Part shown: one piece after another, positions 1-7,500 of the stretch
Numbering within the stretch: position 1 is the stretch's first letter
How the letters are laid out: each line of letters begins with the position of its first letter
NCBI GenBank assembly: GCA_030597965.1
Contig: JAUVQU010000001.1
Coordinates: 1-36,826 of the forward strand
DNA from: Cellvibrionaceae bacterium
Lineage (GTDB): Bacteria; Pseudomonadota; Gammaproteobacteria; Pseudomonadales; Cellvibrionaceae
DNA length: 36,826 nt
Direction: 5' to 3'
Made by a program: the position numbers and the translations under genes
The notes under the pieces: model-generated
The model's database searches: none
Seen by the model: the letters and a program-made list of their open reading frames with translations, nothing else
Told to the model about the DNA's origin: nothing

Positions 1-33
1 CGCCATCGCTGCTCTTCCTGATGCATTAATGGC

Positions 34-60
34 TTGTTGGTTGTTGTTTTCGCGTATAAT
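34..60 (+). promoter_or_regulatory. possible sigma70 promoter for the first small-ORF operon
   Basis: Perfect TATAAT at 55-60 and a weak -35-like TTGTTG at 34-39 (15-nt spacer), about 30 nt upstream of GTG 91. Confidence 0.3.
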
Positions 61-90
61 CACCTTTCCTTAAAGTAAGCAGGTGAGTAT

Positions 91-483
91 GTGAGCTATT
101 TTGAACGCTGCCAGGATTGGTTGGCGCAGGGCGAAGGAAGGACAGAAGAAGCGTTAAAAAGTGCCTTGCAGGGCATTCAAAAAAAGCTGTCTTCGTTAGA
201 CGATGCAGCTACTGACGAATATCAGGATCTTGAGTGCACACAGGAGTTGCTGCAAGACCAATTGCAGTTGTTGCCGACACCAGTCCAGTCTCAACCGCTG
301 GACGCTACTAACTCCTCCGCAGCATCAAAACCAATAGAAGAGCCTTCAGTCGATCTTGATACCTCGTCTCTGCACCCACTTGAGGTTGATGAAATCCAAT
401 TAAATGTTGAGCAAAAGCGTGAGGCTATTGATTCAATGTTACAAAATCCCTTGTTGGCTCGTGGCATGCCGAGGAAATCATGA
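91..483 (+). CDS. hypothetical acidic, Q/E/L-rich protein (130 aa)
   Basis: GTG start preceded by AGGTGA at 81-86. The stop overlaps the next start (ATGA at 480-483). I recognised no motif. The only reverse-strand ORF across it is a 65-aa one (291..488). Confidence 0.5.
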   Translation: MSYFERCQDWLAQGEGRTEEALKSALQGIQKKLSSLDDAATDEYQDLECTQELLQDQLQLLPTPVQSQPLDATNSSAASKPIEEPSVDLDTSSLHPLEVDEIQLNVEQKREAIDSMLQNPLLARGMPRKS

Positions 484-701
484 TTCAAAAGGTTGATCCC
501 AGTCGATGCCCTCTATGCGGTGAAGTTAATGTCTGTGCGCAAGTCGTCACTGAAAACAGTGGAAGCGGCCAAAACTGTTGGTGTATGCAGGAGAAAGTAC
601 CACCGGCGCTGTTAGAAAAGCTGCCGGAGTCCCACCGGAATTTGGCGTGTGTGTGTCAGGCCTGTGTCGCGGCCTACCGAGTCGAGCAAAATAAAGCGTA
701 G
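480..701 (+). CDS. cysteine-rich CWC family protein (73 aa)
   Basis: Translation has CPLCGx5C ... CWC ... CVCQAC, the pattern of the Cys_rich_CWC family. ATGA overlap with the upstream ORF. Confidence 0.75.
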   Translation: MIQKVDPSRCPLCGEVNVCAQVVTENSGSGQNCWCMQEKVPPALLEKLPESHRNLACVCQACVAAYRVEQNKA

Positions 702-716
702 GAGCCGGAAGTTGTT

Positions 717-995
717 ATGTCCTTGAGTCAATCAGAACTGGAGCTGGAGAGCGGGTCAGCCTTAGGCGAGCCGCACATCTGTGCTGAGAATGAGATTCCC
801 GAACATTTAAGAATTCATCGTGTGCTTGAGATCGATGGCGACGCTAAAAACCATTGGGAAGTGTTCAGTCTCTGGCTGGCCACTGGCGAAGATGTGCTTT
901 CAGGTGAGGCGGAGGAAGAGGGAGAGCTATTGAATCTTTCATCCATGAAAATTAACTTCTGTCCTTTCTGCGGCGCAGCGCTCAACACTAATTAA
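717..995 (+). CDS. hypothetical small acidic protein with C-terminal CPFCG knuckle (92 aa)
   Basis: ATG 717 lies 12 nt after a GGAG that directly follows the CWC stop. Highly acidic (runs of E), with HIC ... CPFCGAAL. Confidence 0.55.
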   Translation: MSLSQSELELESGSALGEPHICAENEIPEHLRIHRVLEIDGDAKNHWEVFSLWLATGEDVLSGEAEEEGELLNLSSMKINFCPFCGAALNTN

Positions 996-1038
996 GTTGT
1001 AACTTGTTGCTCTAAGGTTGTCTGGAAACCGTAAAAAT

Positions 1039-1467
1039 ATGACTAAAGTAGTTATCGAATTACCTGAATCTTATCTTCATCGTATGATCTATACAGTACA
1101 GTCGCAGGATGTGAATCGTGGCGACCACTTGGCGGCGGATCGTGTGTTGTCTATTGCTATTGAGGCCATGAAGTCTTGCTGCGTATCCCTAGGTTATTCT
1201 GATATGTTGGACATAGAGGGTGTGGGTACGATTATGGTTGATTCGGCCTGTGTTTATACTGCCGAAGCAGACCTTAATGATGAACTTCAAATCGATATTG
1301 CGATACCGTCATTTGGCGATAAAGCGATTGAGTTGGTTTATCGTATGGTGAATATCACCAAGCAATGTGAGTTGGCTAAAGTAAAAACAAGTGTTTTGTT
1401 TTTTGATTATAAACTTAAAAAAGTAGTTTCAATTCCCCAGGGTTTTCGTGAAAAGATAACCACTTGA
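1039..1467 (+). CDS. hotdog-fold acyl-CoA thioesterase-like protein (4HBT/YbgC-like)
   Basis: Length and pattern match 4HBT-type thioesterases (IYTVQSQDVNRGDHL ... VDSACVYTAEADLNDEL ... VLFFDY..KKVVSIP). The ORF track starts at TTG 1018; ATG 1039 is preferred. The start is uncertain. Confidence 0.6.
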   Translation: MTKVVIELPESYLHRMIYTVQSQDVNRGDHLAADRVLSIAIEAMKSCCVSLGYSDMLDIEGVGTIMVDSACVYTAEADLNDELQIDIAIPSFGDKAIELVYRMVNITKQCELAKVKTSVLFFDYKLKKVVSIPQGFREKITT

Positions 1468-1493
1468 ACTATTGTTTTAATAAAGGTTTTTAA

Positions 1494-2138
1494 ATGAAAT
1501 TTCAGATTATTCCAGTTACTCCCTACCAGCAGAATTGCACGTTGATGTGGTGCGAGGAAACGAATAAAGCCGCAGTGGTCGACCCGGGTGGCGACCTTGA
1601 CCTTATTGAAAAAGCAGTGGCCGATGCGGGCGTGGAGCTGGAAAAGATTCTTGTGACCCACGGGCATCTGGATCATGCTGGCGGTGTTGCTGAAATGGCA
1701 GCCAAGCATGGCTTGCCTATTGAGGGGCCCCATAAAGAAGACGCTTTTTGGCTGGATACGTTAGAGCAGCAGGCGCAGCAAATGGGCTTCCCCGCCACCA
1801 GCAGTTTCACGCCGGATCGCTGGCTGGAACAGGGTGATACTGTGAGCGTGGGCAATGAAACATTGCAGGTTCGCCATTGTCCGGGACATACGCCTGGCCA
1901 CGTTATTCTTTTTCATGAGCCGAGTAAGGTCGCAATCGTTGGTGATGTGCTTTTTCAGGGGTCAATTGGTCGAACTGATTTCCCGCGTGGGGACTACGAC
2001 ACGCTGGTCAGCTCCATACGAAATCAGCTTTGGCCGTTGGGGGACGATGTTCAATTTATTCCCGGCCATGGTCCCACCTCAACCTTTGGGCAGGAGCGCC
2101 AGACTAATGCGTTTGTGGCGGATAAGCGCTTCGGTTAA
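1494..2138 (+). CDS. MBL-fold metallo-hydrolase (glyoxalase II / YcbL-like)
   Basis: THGHLDHAGG (HxHxDH) motif, downstream CPGHTPGH and GDVLF..S.GRTDFP blocks, 214 aa. Confidence 0.85.
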   Translation: MKFQIIPVTPYQQNCTLMWCEETNKAAVVDPGGDLDLIEKAVADAGVELEKILVTHGHLDHAGGVAEMAAKHGLPIEGPHKEDAFWLDTLEQQAQQMGFPATSSFTPDRWLEQGDTVSVGNETLQVRHCPGHTPGHVILFHEPSKVAIVGDVLFQGSIGRTDFPRGDYDTLVSSIRNQLWPLGDDVQFIPGHGPTSTFGQERQTNAFVADKRFG

Positions 2139-2322
2139 ATGTCATGAGACCTTTGCTCGAAAGCCATATCACTATCATGCTGTGTCGCTTAAAAGTGCCT
2201 ACTTTCGGCAATCGGTCATTTATGATGTATAGGCTCCCTCATTCCGTGCACTTTCGTCTCTCTTCGGAGAGCCTGCTTCTGGTGTCTGAAAGCAAAATCA
2301 TCTTCCGTTTAAAGGCCTCAGT

Positions 2323-2754
2323 ATGAGTGAATCTATTTGGTTTGTTAAACCCAGTATTGAACGTCTGAATGAATCGTCAAAGAATACGGTCTGTGAATCA
2401 TTAGGTATTGAATTTACAGAGATTGGTGACGACTATATTCGCGGCACTATGCCTGCTGATGCCCGTACATTTCAGCCTATGGGCTTGGTCCACGGTGGTG
2501 CTAACGTTGTCTTGGCGGAAAGTCTCGGCAGTTTGGCTGCTAATCTGGTGGTTGATGGCAGTAAGTACTATTGTGTGGGTCAGGAAGTAAATGCCAATCA
2601 TCTGCGCGGTGTGCGTACAGGATTAGTGACGGGCACCGCTCGATTGGTCTATAAAGGTAGAACATCTCAAGTTTGGGAAATAAAGTTAGAGGATGAGCGT
2701 GGTCGTCTGAGCTGTATTTCACGTTTAACGATGGCCTGTGTGAAGCATGCTTAG
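2323..2754 (+). CDS. PaaI-family hotdog thioesterase (YdiI/EntH-like)
   Basis: GLVHGGANVVLAESLGS and SQVWEIKL..E.GRL blocks are typical of the TIGR00369/PaaI group. AAAGG lies 8 nt before the ATG. Confidence 0.85.
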   Translation: MSESIWFVKPSIERLNESSKNTVCESLGIEFTEIGDDYIRGTMPADARTFQPMGLVHGGANVVLAESLGSLAANLVVDGSKYYCVGQEVNANHLRGVRTGLVTGTARLVYKGRTSQVWEIKLEDERGRLSCISRLTMACVKHA

Positions 2755-2780
2755 CCAGTGGTCATAATTAAGGAACTCCA

Positions 2781-3143
2781 ATGGAGCCTTTAAGTAATAA
2801 CAGTGAAGAAAATGTTGACCGATTTATCGTCGAGTCTATAAAGACGGGCTGCATTTGGGGGCTTGAGGGCCCGGACGGCTGGGCACTGTGTCCCTCTGAT
2901 AAGAACGATGATATCGATGTTATGCCATTCTGGTCACAGCCTGAATTTGCCCAGGCTGTCTGCGTGGATGACTGGTCAATATACAAGCCGGTACCCGTCG
3001 CGCTTGATGAGTTTTTGGACGAATGGGTGGATGGTATGCATTCGGATTTATTGCTGGTGGGTATTAATTGGACTGAAGCGCTAGAGGGAGTGGAAATGGA
3101 GCCTCTGGATTTGGCTGAAGAATTCGACAGCGAGATTAAATAA
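2781..3143 (+). CDS. DUF2750-like acidic protein (120 aa)
   Basis: The pattern IWGLEGPDGWA ... VMPFWSQPEFAQ ... W..Y.P..V.LDEFLDEW..GM resembles DUF2750 as I remember it. AAGGA lies 7 nt upstream. Stop TAA 3141-3143 overlaps the next ATG. Confidence 0.6.
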   Translation: MEPLSNNSEENVDRFIVESIKTGCIWGLEGPDGWALCPSDKNDDIDVMPFWSQPEFAQAVCVDDWSIYKPVPVALDEFLDEWVDGMHSDLLLVGINWTEALEGVEMEPLDLAEEFDSEIK

Positions 3144-3865
3144 TGCCTGCCCCTAAAGTGGATGCCAGGCATAAGCAATCCCTTGAGTACGGACGTCGCT
3201 TGCGTCCGTCGCGTGACGAGAGCTTGCTGGAAGGTGCCAAGAGCGTCTGGAAGAATATTTGGGATTGTTTGTGCCTTGCCCAGGAATTCTATTACGGTTT
3301 TAGCCGCTTAAGAAAAATTGGCTCCTGCGTCACCGTTTTTGGTTCGGCTCGGTTTTCAGAAGAGCACACCTATTATAAGCAGGCACAGGAAATCTCCAGG
3401 CGGCTGGGTGAATTGGGCTTTGCCATAATGACCGGCGGAGGGCCTGGCATTATGGAAGCGGCCAATCGAGGTGCGCGTGAAGCAGGTGTGCTATCGGTTG
3501 GTTGTAATATCGAGCTGCCAATGGAGCAGGAGCCGAATCCATATGTCGACCTGTGGACAGAATTTAACCACTTCTTTGTGCGTAAAGTGATGCTGGTTAA
3601 ATATTCAAAAGCTTTTGTCATTATGCCCGGTGGTTTTGGCACCATGGATGAGGTTTTTGAAACCCTGACATTGATACAAACCGCGAAAATCAAACGCTTT
3701 CCCTTGGTTGTCATGGGGGTGGATTATTGGCAGCACCTCCAGGTATTTATCAATCAGGCGATGCTGGCAGAAGACACCATTCTCCCTGAGGACTTTGACG
3801 CGGTGTTGGTCACGGATGATATTGAAGAGGCGCTGTGTTTCATTACAGGCTACTGTGATCAATAA
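3143..3865 (+). CDS. LOG family protein (TIGR00730-type nucleoside 5'-monophosphate N-glycosidase/phosphoribohydrolase)
   Basis: VFGSAR, GGGPGIMEA and PGGFGTMDE motifs. TAATG overlap with the upstream gene. Confidence 0.85.
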   Translation: MPAPKVDARHKQSLEYGRRLRPSRDESLLEGAKSVWKNIWDCLCLAQEFYYGFSRLRKIGSCVTVFGSARFSEEHTYYKQAQEISRRLGELGFAIMTGGGPGIMEAANRGAREAGVLSVGCNIELPMEQEPNPYVDLWTEFNHFFVRKVMLVKYSKAFVIMPGGFGTMDEVFETLTLIQTAKIKRFPLVVMGVDYWQHLQVFINQAMLAEDTILPEDFDAVLVTDDIEEALCFITGYCDQ

Positions 3866-3916
3866 ATTACTGGTGCCGAATAAGGCTGCAATCAATAGAG
3901 TGGTTTGGAGATCAGC

Positions 3917-4807
3917 ATGTACCCGCTAGATTATATTGACCCTGTTTTTCGGCCTCCTTCAGAAGCTCGCTCTCTTATTCTTCAAGTCACCAATGGTTGT
4001 TCGTGGAACAGGTGCACCTTTTGCGAAATGTACACCGACGAACAAAAACGTTTCAAGCCTCAACCTATAGAAACCATCGATGCACAGTTACACGCCTTAT
4101 CTAAAGCCGGTTATCCGGTAAAGCGTGTGTTTCTTGCCGATGGCGATTCCATGACCTTATCGGTGCGAAGGCTCAAAGAAATTTTAGAGTTGATTCGGGT
4201 TTATTATCCCGAAGTACAACGTGTATCGAGTTATTGTCTGCCCCGTAATCTTAAAAACAAAAGCATAGATGATTTGGCCGAGCTAAAAGAGCTTGGGTTA
4301 AGCTTGATGTATGTGGGGTGTGAGAGTGGCGACGATGAAGTGCTGCGCTTGATAGAAAAAGGGGAGACCTTTGAGTCATCCCTGGTGGCACTGAAAAAAA
4401 TTAAACAGGCGGGCATGAAAAGTTCAGTGATGATATTGAATGGCCTGGGCGGGCCAGAATTGTCATTACAGCACGCGCTTAATTCGGCGCGGCTAATGAA
4501 TGAAGCACAGCCTGAATACTTGTCGACCCTTGTTGTTTCATTCCCGACGGGCGATCAGCGCTTCCAAAAGAATTTTAACGGAGACTTCCGGCTGCTCAGT
4601 CAGCAAGAGCTGTTTGCTGAGATGCGTAGCTTACTGCAGACTCTGGAGTTGAAAAAAACAATTTTCCGCAGTGATCATGCCTCTAATTACCTGATTCTTA
4701 AGGGCGTGCTGGGTCGGGATAAAGATCAATTGCTGCGGCAGGTGGAGTTGGCGATGACTCACCCGGATGTTGCGGGCCTGCGTAAAGAGTGGCAGCGGGG
4801 CTTGTAA
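3917..4807 (+). CDS. radical SAM protein, function unknown
   Basis: Cys triad GCSWNRCTFCEMY (Cys codons 3998-4000, 4013-4015, 4022-4024), then G(D)GDS and VGCESG blocks typical of the radical SAM TIM barrel. GGAG lies 6 nt before ATG 3917. The ORF track's TTG 3905 is less likely. Confidence 0.8.
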   Translation: MYPLDYIDPVFRPPSEARSLILQVTNGCSWNRCTFCEMYTDEQKRFKPQPIETIDAQLHALSKAGYPVKRVFLADGDSMTLSVRRLKEILELIRVYYPEVQRVSSYCLPRNLKNKSIDDLAELKELGLSLMYVGCESGDDEVLRLIEKGETFESSLVALKKIKQAGMKSSVMILNGLGGPELSLQHALNSARLMNEAQPEYLSTLVVSFPTGDQRFQKNFNGDFRLLSQQELFAEMRSLLQTLELKKTIFRSDHASNYLILKGVLGRDKDQLLRQVELAMTHPDVAGLRKEWQRGL

Positions 4808-4859
4808 GTTGTAACTATACTGATTTGTTCAGCATCAATAATTAAGAGTGGAGAGAGTC

Positions 4860-5504
4860 ATGAGCAGTGTTTTATACGGTGTACCCATTTCACCCTTTGT
4901 GCGAAAAGTGATTTTGGCGCTGGAACTTAAAGGCGTTGATTACACGCTTGAGGCGGCCAACCCATTTGCATTGCCAGTGGATTACGAAAAGATTCACCCA
5001 CTTAAAAAAATTCCCGCTTTTAAGGATGATCGTGTGTCACTTCCGGACTCATCGGTGATCTGCGAGTACCTTGATAATCGCTATCCGGATACGCCATTGT
5101 TTCCCGGTAATATTGAGGATCGCGCCCGCTGCCGTTGGTTGGAAGAATACGCGGACAGCAAAATGATTCAAGTATTTGGTCTGCCGCTGCTAATGGAGTT
5201 AGTGATTAAACCGAGCTTCCTAGGCAAGGAGGCCGATGCCGAGCTGGCCGAAAAAAACTGGAATGCCAACGCTCCCGAAGTATTTGATTACTTGGAAGAG
5301 CAGGTGACCGGTTCTGACTTTATCTTTTCCTCGATCACCATGGCTGATTTGTCGATTTATTCACATCTAGTGAGTGTTTATCTTGCTGATAAGGAGGTTG
5401 ATGCGTCCCGTTGGCCTAAGCTAGCGGCTTATTACGCCTTTATGGATGAGCAGCCGGTGTGTGTTACGCATATGGGTCGTTTAAATAAATTGCTCGGTCG
5501 CTAA
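4860..5504 (+). CDS. glutathione S-transferase family protein
   Basis: N-terminal thioredoxin-like part (SPFVRKV ... KIPAF.D ... LPDSSVICEYL) plus a helical C-terminal domain. GGAG lies 6 nt before ATG 4860. Confidence 0.85.
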   Translation: MSSVLYGVPISPFVRKVILALELKGVDYTLEAANPFALPVDYEKIHPLKKIPAFKDDRVSLPDSSVICEYLDNRYPDTPLFPGNIEDRARCRWLEEYADSKMIQVFGLPLLMELVIKPSFLGKEADAELAEKNWNANAPEVFDYLEEQVTGSDFIFSSITMADLSIYSHLVSVYLADKEVDASRWPKLAAYYAFMDEQPVCVTHMGRLNKLLGR

Positions 5505-5699
5505 AAGCCACTGATTGATTATATTGTTGAGCGCAGCACGGCGTTGTTTCCTGGCTCGCCCTCACCTATCTAGCTGGCATGACTCGGGCTCTCGCTGCGG
5601 GACGCCTTGCCCTGCATCTCGCTACTAAATAAGTCAGAGGTTTTCTTGTGTTATAGCCGTGCGATTTGTGCGTTAATGCGCACCTGAATTAACTGTTAA

Positions 5700-6146
5700 A
5701 TGGATAGCATAATGACAACACCCGCCGATCATATGGATAAAATCCAGCCCCTTAAACACATGGGCCTTAAGGTTCTTAAAAACACGCGAAATTGTTTGAA
5801 GGTAGAAATGCCACTTGAGGGTAATGCCAACCATGTAGGGGCAACCTACGCTGGCTCTATTCTTACCTTGGCAGAATTTCCGTTTGGTTTGATGTTCTTT
5901 AATCGTTTTGATCTGGATGATATTTATCCTGTGGTGGGTGAGATGACCATTCGTTATATGGCACCTTCCACAGGCTCATTAACCGTCGAAGTTAATGTTT
6001 CCGATGAAGAGTGGGATGAGATTGAGCGCACAACCCGTGAAAACGGAAAGATGAAGTTGCCGCGTGAAATTGAAATTAAAGACGCCGATGGCAATGTGAA
6101 TTCGGTTGTTAAGGCGATGTATTTCGCGCTATTAGCAAAAAAATAG
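5700..6146 (+). CDS. hotdog-fold thioesterase-like protein (DUF4442 / YiiD C-terminal type)
   Basis: The pattern L.VEMPLEGN.NH.GT.YAGSI.TLAE ... G.MTIRY..P resembles the YiiD_C/DUF4442 hotdog family. Start could be ATG 5700 or 5712. Confidence 0.6.
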   Translation: MDSIMTTPADHMDKIQPLKHMGLKVLKNTRNCLKVEMPLEGNANHVGATYAGSILTLAEFPFGLMFFNRFDLDDIYPVVGEMTIRYMAPSTGSLTVEVNVSDEEWDEIERTTRENGKMKLPREIEIKDADGNVNSVVKAMYFALLAKK

Positions 6147-6163
6147 ACTGGAGCTCTTTTGTA

Positions 6164-6190
6164 GGGGCATCTTAGGGTGCCTTTTCTTCT
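6164..6190 (+). terminator. weak rho-independent terminator after the DUF4442 gene
   Basis: GGGGCA (6164-6169) pairs with TGCCTT (6178-6183) as 4 Watson-Crick plus 2 G-U pairs, with an 8-nt loop, followed by a TTTTCTTCTT run. Confidence 0.35.
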
Positions 6191-6248
6191 TGTTGTTCAG
6201 AAATTTTCTTGTTGGCGAAGCTTTCGCTTGCAAGGCAAACTCCCACAG

Positions 6249-6773
6249 TTATAGACGTCTCACAACCATATTGCTGCGGTAATCTGCCGCGTTCTCACAA
6301 TAATGTCCGCTGCCCTCTACCAGTGCGGTGACCTCTTTCTCGCTGAGTTGGCGTTTAATCTTCGCTGGTGAGCCAACGACTAAGGAGTAGTCGGGTATTT
6401 CCATACCCTCTGGCACCAGGCTATTTGCTCCGATCAGGCAGTGCTTTCCTATTTTTGCACCGTTTAACACCACAGCGTTGATGCCAATAAGTGAGTGGTC
6501 ACCTACTGTGCAGCCATGCACCATTGCCTTGTGCCCAATAGTAATGCCTTTGCCCAGTATTACGGGGGAGCCTGGATCTGCATGAATGACGGCATTATCT
6601 TGCACGTTGGTGTTGGCGCCAATGTGCACCCGTTCTACATCCGCTCGTACTACCGTGCCAAACCATACGCTAGCGCCAGACTCCATGGTGGTGTCGCCAA
6701 TAACGGTGGCGTTAGGGGCAACAAAACAGTCGTCGGCAATGCGTGGTGAGCGATTGGGTAAATCGATAATCAT
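6249..6773 (-). CDS. gamma-class carbonic anhydrase family protein (left-handed beta-helix, YrdA/PaaY-like)
   Basis: Hexapeptide repeats throughout (IGDTTMESGASVWFGTVVRAD ... IGANTNVQDNAVIH ... IGHKAMVHGC), 174 aa. Confidence 0.9.
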   Translation of the reverse strand: MIIDLPNRSPRIADDCFVAPNATVIGDTTMESGASVWFGTVVRADVERVHIGANTNVQDNAVIHADPGSPVILGKGITIGHKAMVHGCTVGDHSLIGINAVVLNGAKIGKHCLIGANSLVPEGMEIPDYSLVVGSPAKIKRQLSEKEVTALVEGSGHYCENAADYRSNMVVRRL

Positions 6774-6832
6774 GGTGGAATCTCAGAATGTACGAGGGAT
6801 GGTTCGGAGCTGTAAGCTTAATCAGCCCGAGC

Positions 6833-6859
6833 AAAAAGCGCCAGACGTAAACGCGCTTT
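6833..6859 (-). terminator. rho-independent terminator after the STAS-like gene
   Basis: On the - strand, AAAGCGC-11 nt loop-GCGCTTT is followed by more T. + strand arms are at 6835-6841 and 6853-6859. Confidence 0.45.
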
Positions 6860-6870
6860 AGAGTCGTCCT

Positions 6871-7227
6871 TTACTGAGATGCCCAATTTAAAGCGGGTTC
6901 TGTTTGCTCAAAGTAAGCGATTTCTGTGGAGGGAAATTGTGCCGTAATACGGGCGGGGGCTTCACCTATATCGCTGCTTGATACTACGGCAAGTTTATTC
7001 AGGTTCCGGTGTAAGTCATTAGTGAAGTTCAGGTGTGAGGCCAGGTCCGCAACGTCTTCCCAGTCAGATTTTTCACAGATGTGAATGCACAGGGCATTGA
7101 GTGGTTTGTGCTCAGAGAGGTGGCGATTAACCGCTTCATTCAGTTGTGCGACATCTCTTGCCGCCATGGGTGCGGATAACCGTGCGTCCAGTACGCCGCG
7201 ATTAGCCAGAAGTGTGTATTCGAGCAT
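6871..7227 (-). CDS. STAS/SpoIIAA-like (DUF3478-type) protein
   Basis: From MLEYTLLANRGVLDARL the 118-aa product has the layout of SpoIIAA-like STAS proteins. The 170-aa ORF in the track extends into AT-rich, non-coding-looking sequence. Confidence 0.6.
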   Translation of the reverse strand: MLEYTLLANRGVLDARLSAPMAARDVAQLNEAVNRHLSEHKPLNALCIHICEKSDWEDVADLASHLNFTNDLHRNLNKLAVVSSSDIGEAPARITAQFPSTEIAYFEQTEPALNWASQ

Positions 7228-7500
7228 AGGATCCCCTGTTTTATGCTTAACTCTATTAAGGTTAAACCAAAATTTCAATAATGGTGAAATTGGCTTTGTA
7301 GTCTTTAAGCATAGACAATAGTTTGTTGGTAATTCAAGAGAATAGACTAATCTTAAGATATGGGATTCTCGCACTTTATTCAATGGTTGCCGTTAGAAGG
7401 ATAGTGCGGTAAAAGGGAGTACTGTTTGATGTGTTGTCACTTATGAGTTCGTTGCTTAAGTGGTTCTTAATGAGTCGTTTAATGTAGGGTGAGTTTTACT

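Noticed and set aside
1-26. Possible 5' end of a minus-strand gene leaving the window (reverse complement reads ATG CAT CAG GAA GAG CAG CGA TGG ...).
   Set aside because: Only 8 codons are visible, with no RBS or motif to support it. It cannot be distinguished from non-coding sequence.
993-1004. The 12-mer TAAGTTGTAACT occurs at the stop codon of ORF3 (993-1004) and again at the stop codon of the radical SAM gene (4805-4816).
   Set aside because: A handful of exact 12-mer coincidences are expected by chance in a window this size. The shared segment forms no stable hairpin (4-bp arms only) and the flanks do not match. It would only be worth revisiting if a genome-wide count shows enrichment at gene ends.
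1855-2232. 125-aa ORF in an alternative frame of the MBL hydrolase gene, and the 60-aa ORF at 2144-2326.
   Set aside because: The first overlaps the well-supported MBL frame. The second fills the 184-nt spacer with low-complexity residues, has no RBS and no recognisable motif.
2255-2272. CTCTC-TTCG-GAGAG hairpin in the MBL / PaaI spacer as a possible terminator.
   Set aside because: The stem is only 5 bp with no following U-tract, which is not enough to call a terminator or a structured RNA.
2768-3178. 136-aa ORF antisense to the DUF2750 gene.
   Set aside because: It has Ser-rich shadow-frame composition. The sense frame has a good RBS and is translationally coupled to LOG.
6871-7383. 170-aa version of the STAS-like ORF given in the ORF track.
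   Set aside because: The first 52 residues (MNKVRESHILRLVYSLELPTNYCLCLKTTKPI...) come from AT-rich, promoter-like sequence and have odd composition. The conserved STAS-like part starts at Met53 (ATG at 7227).
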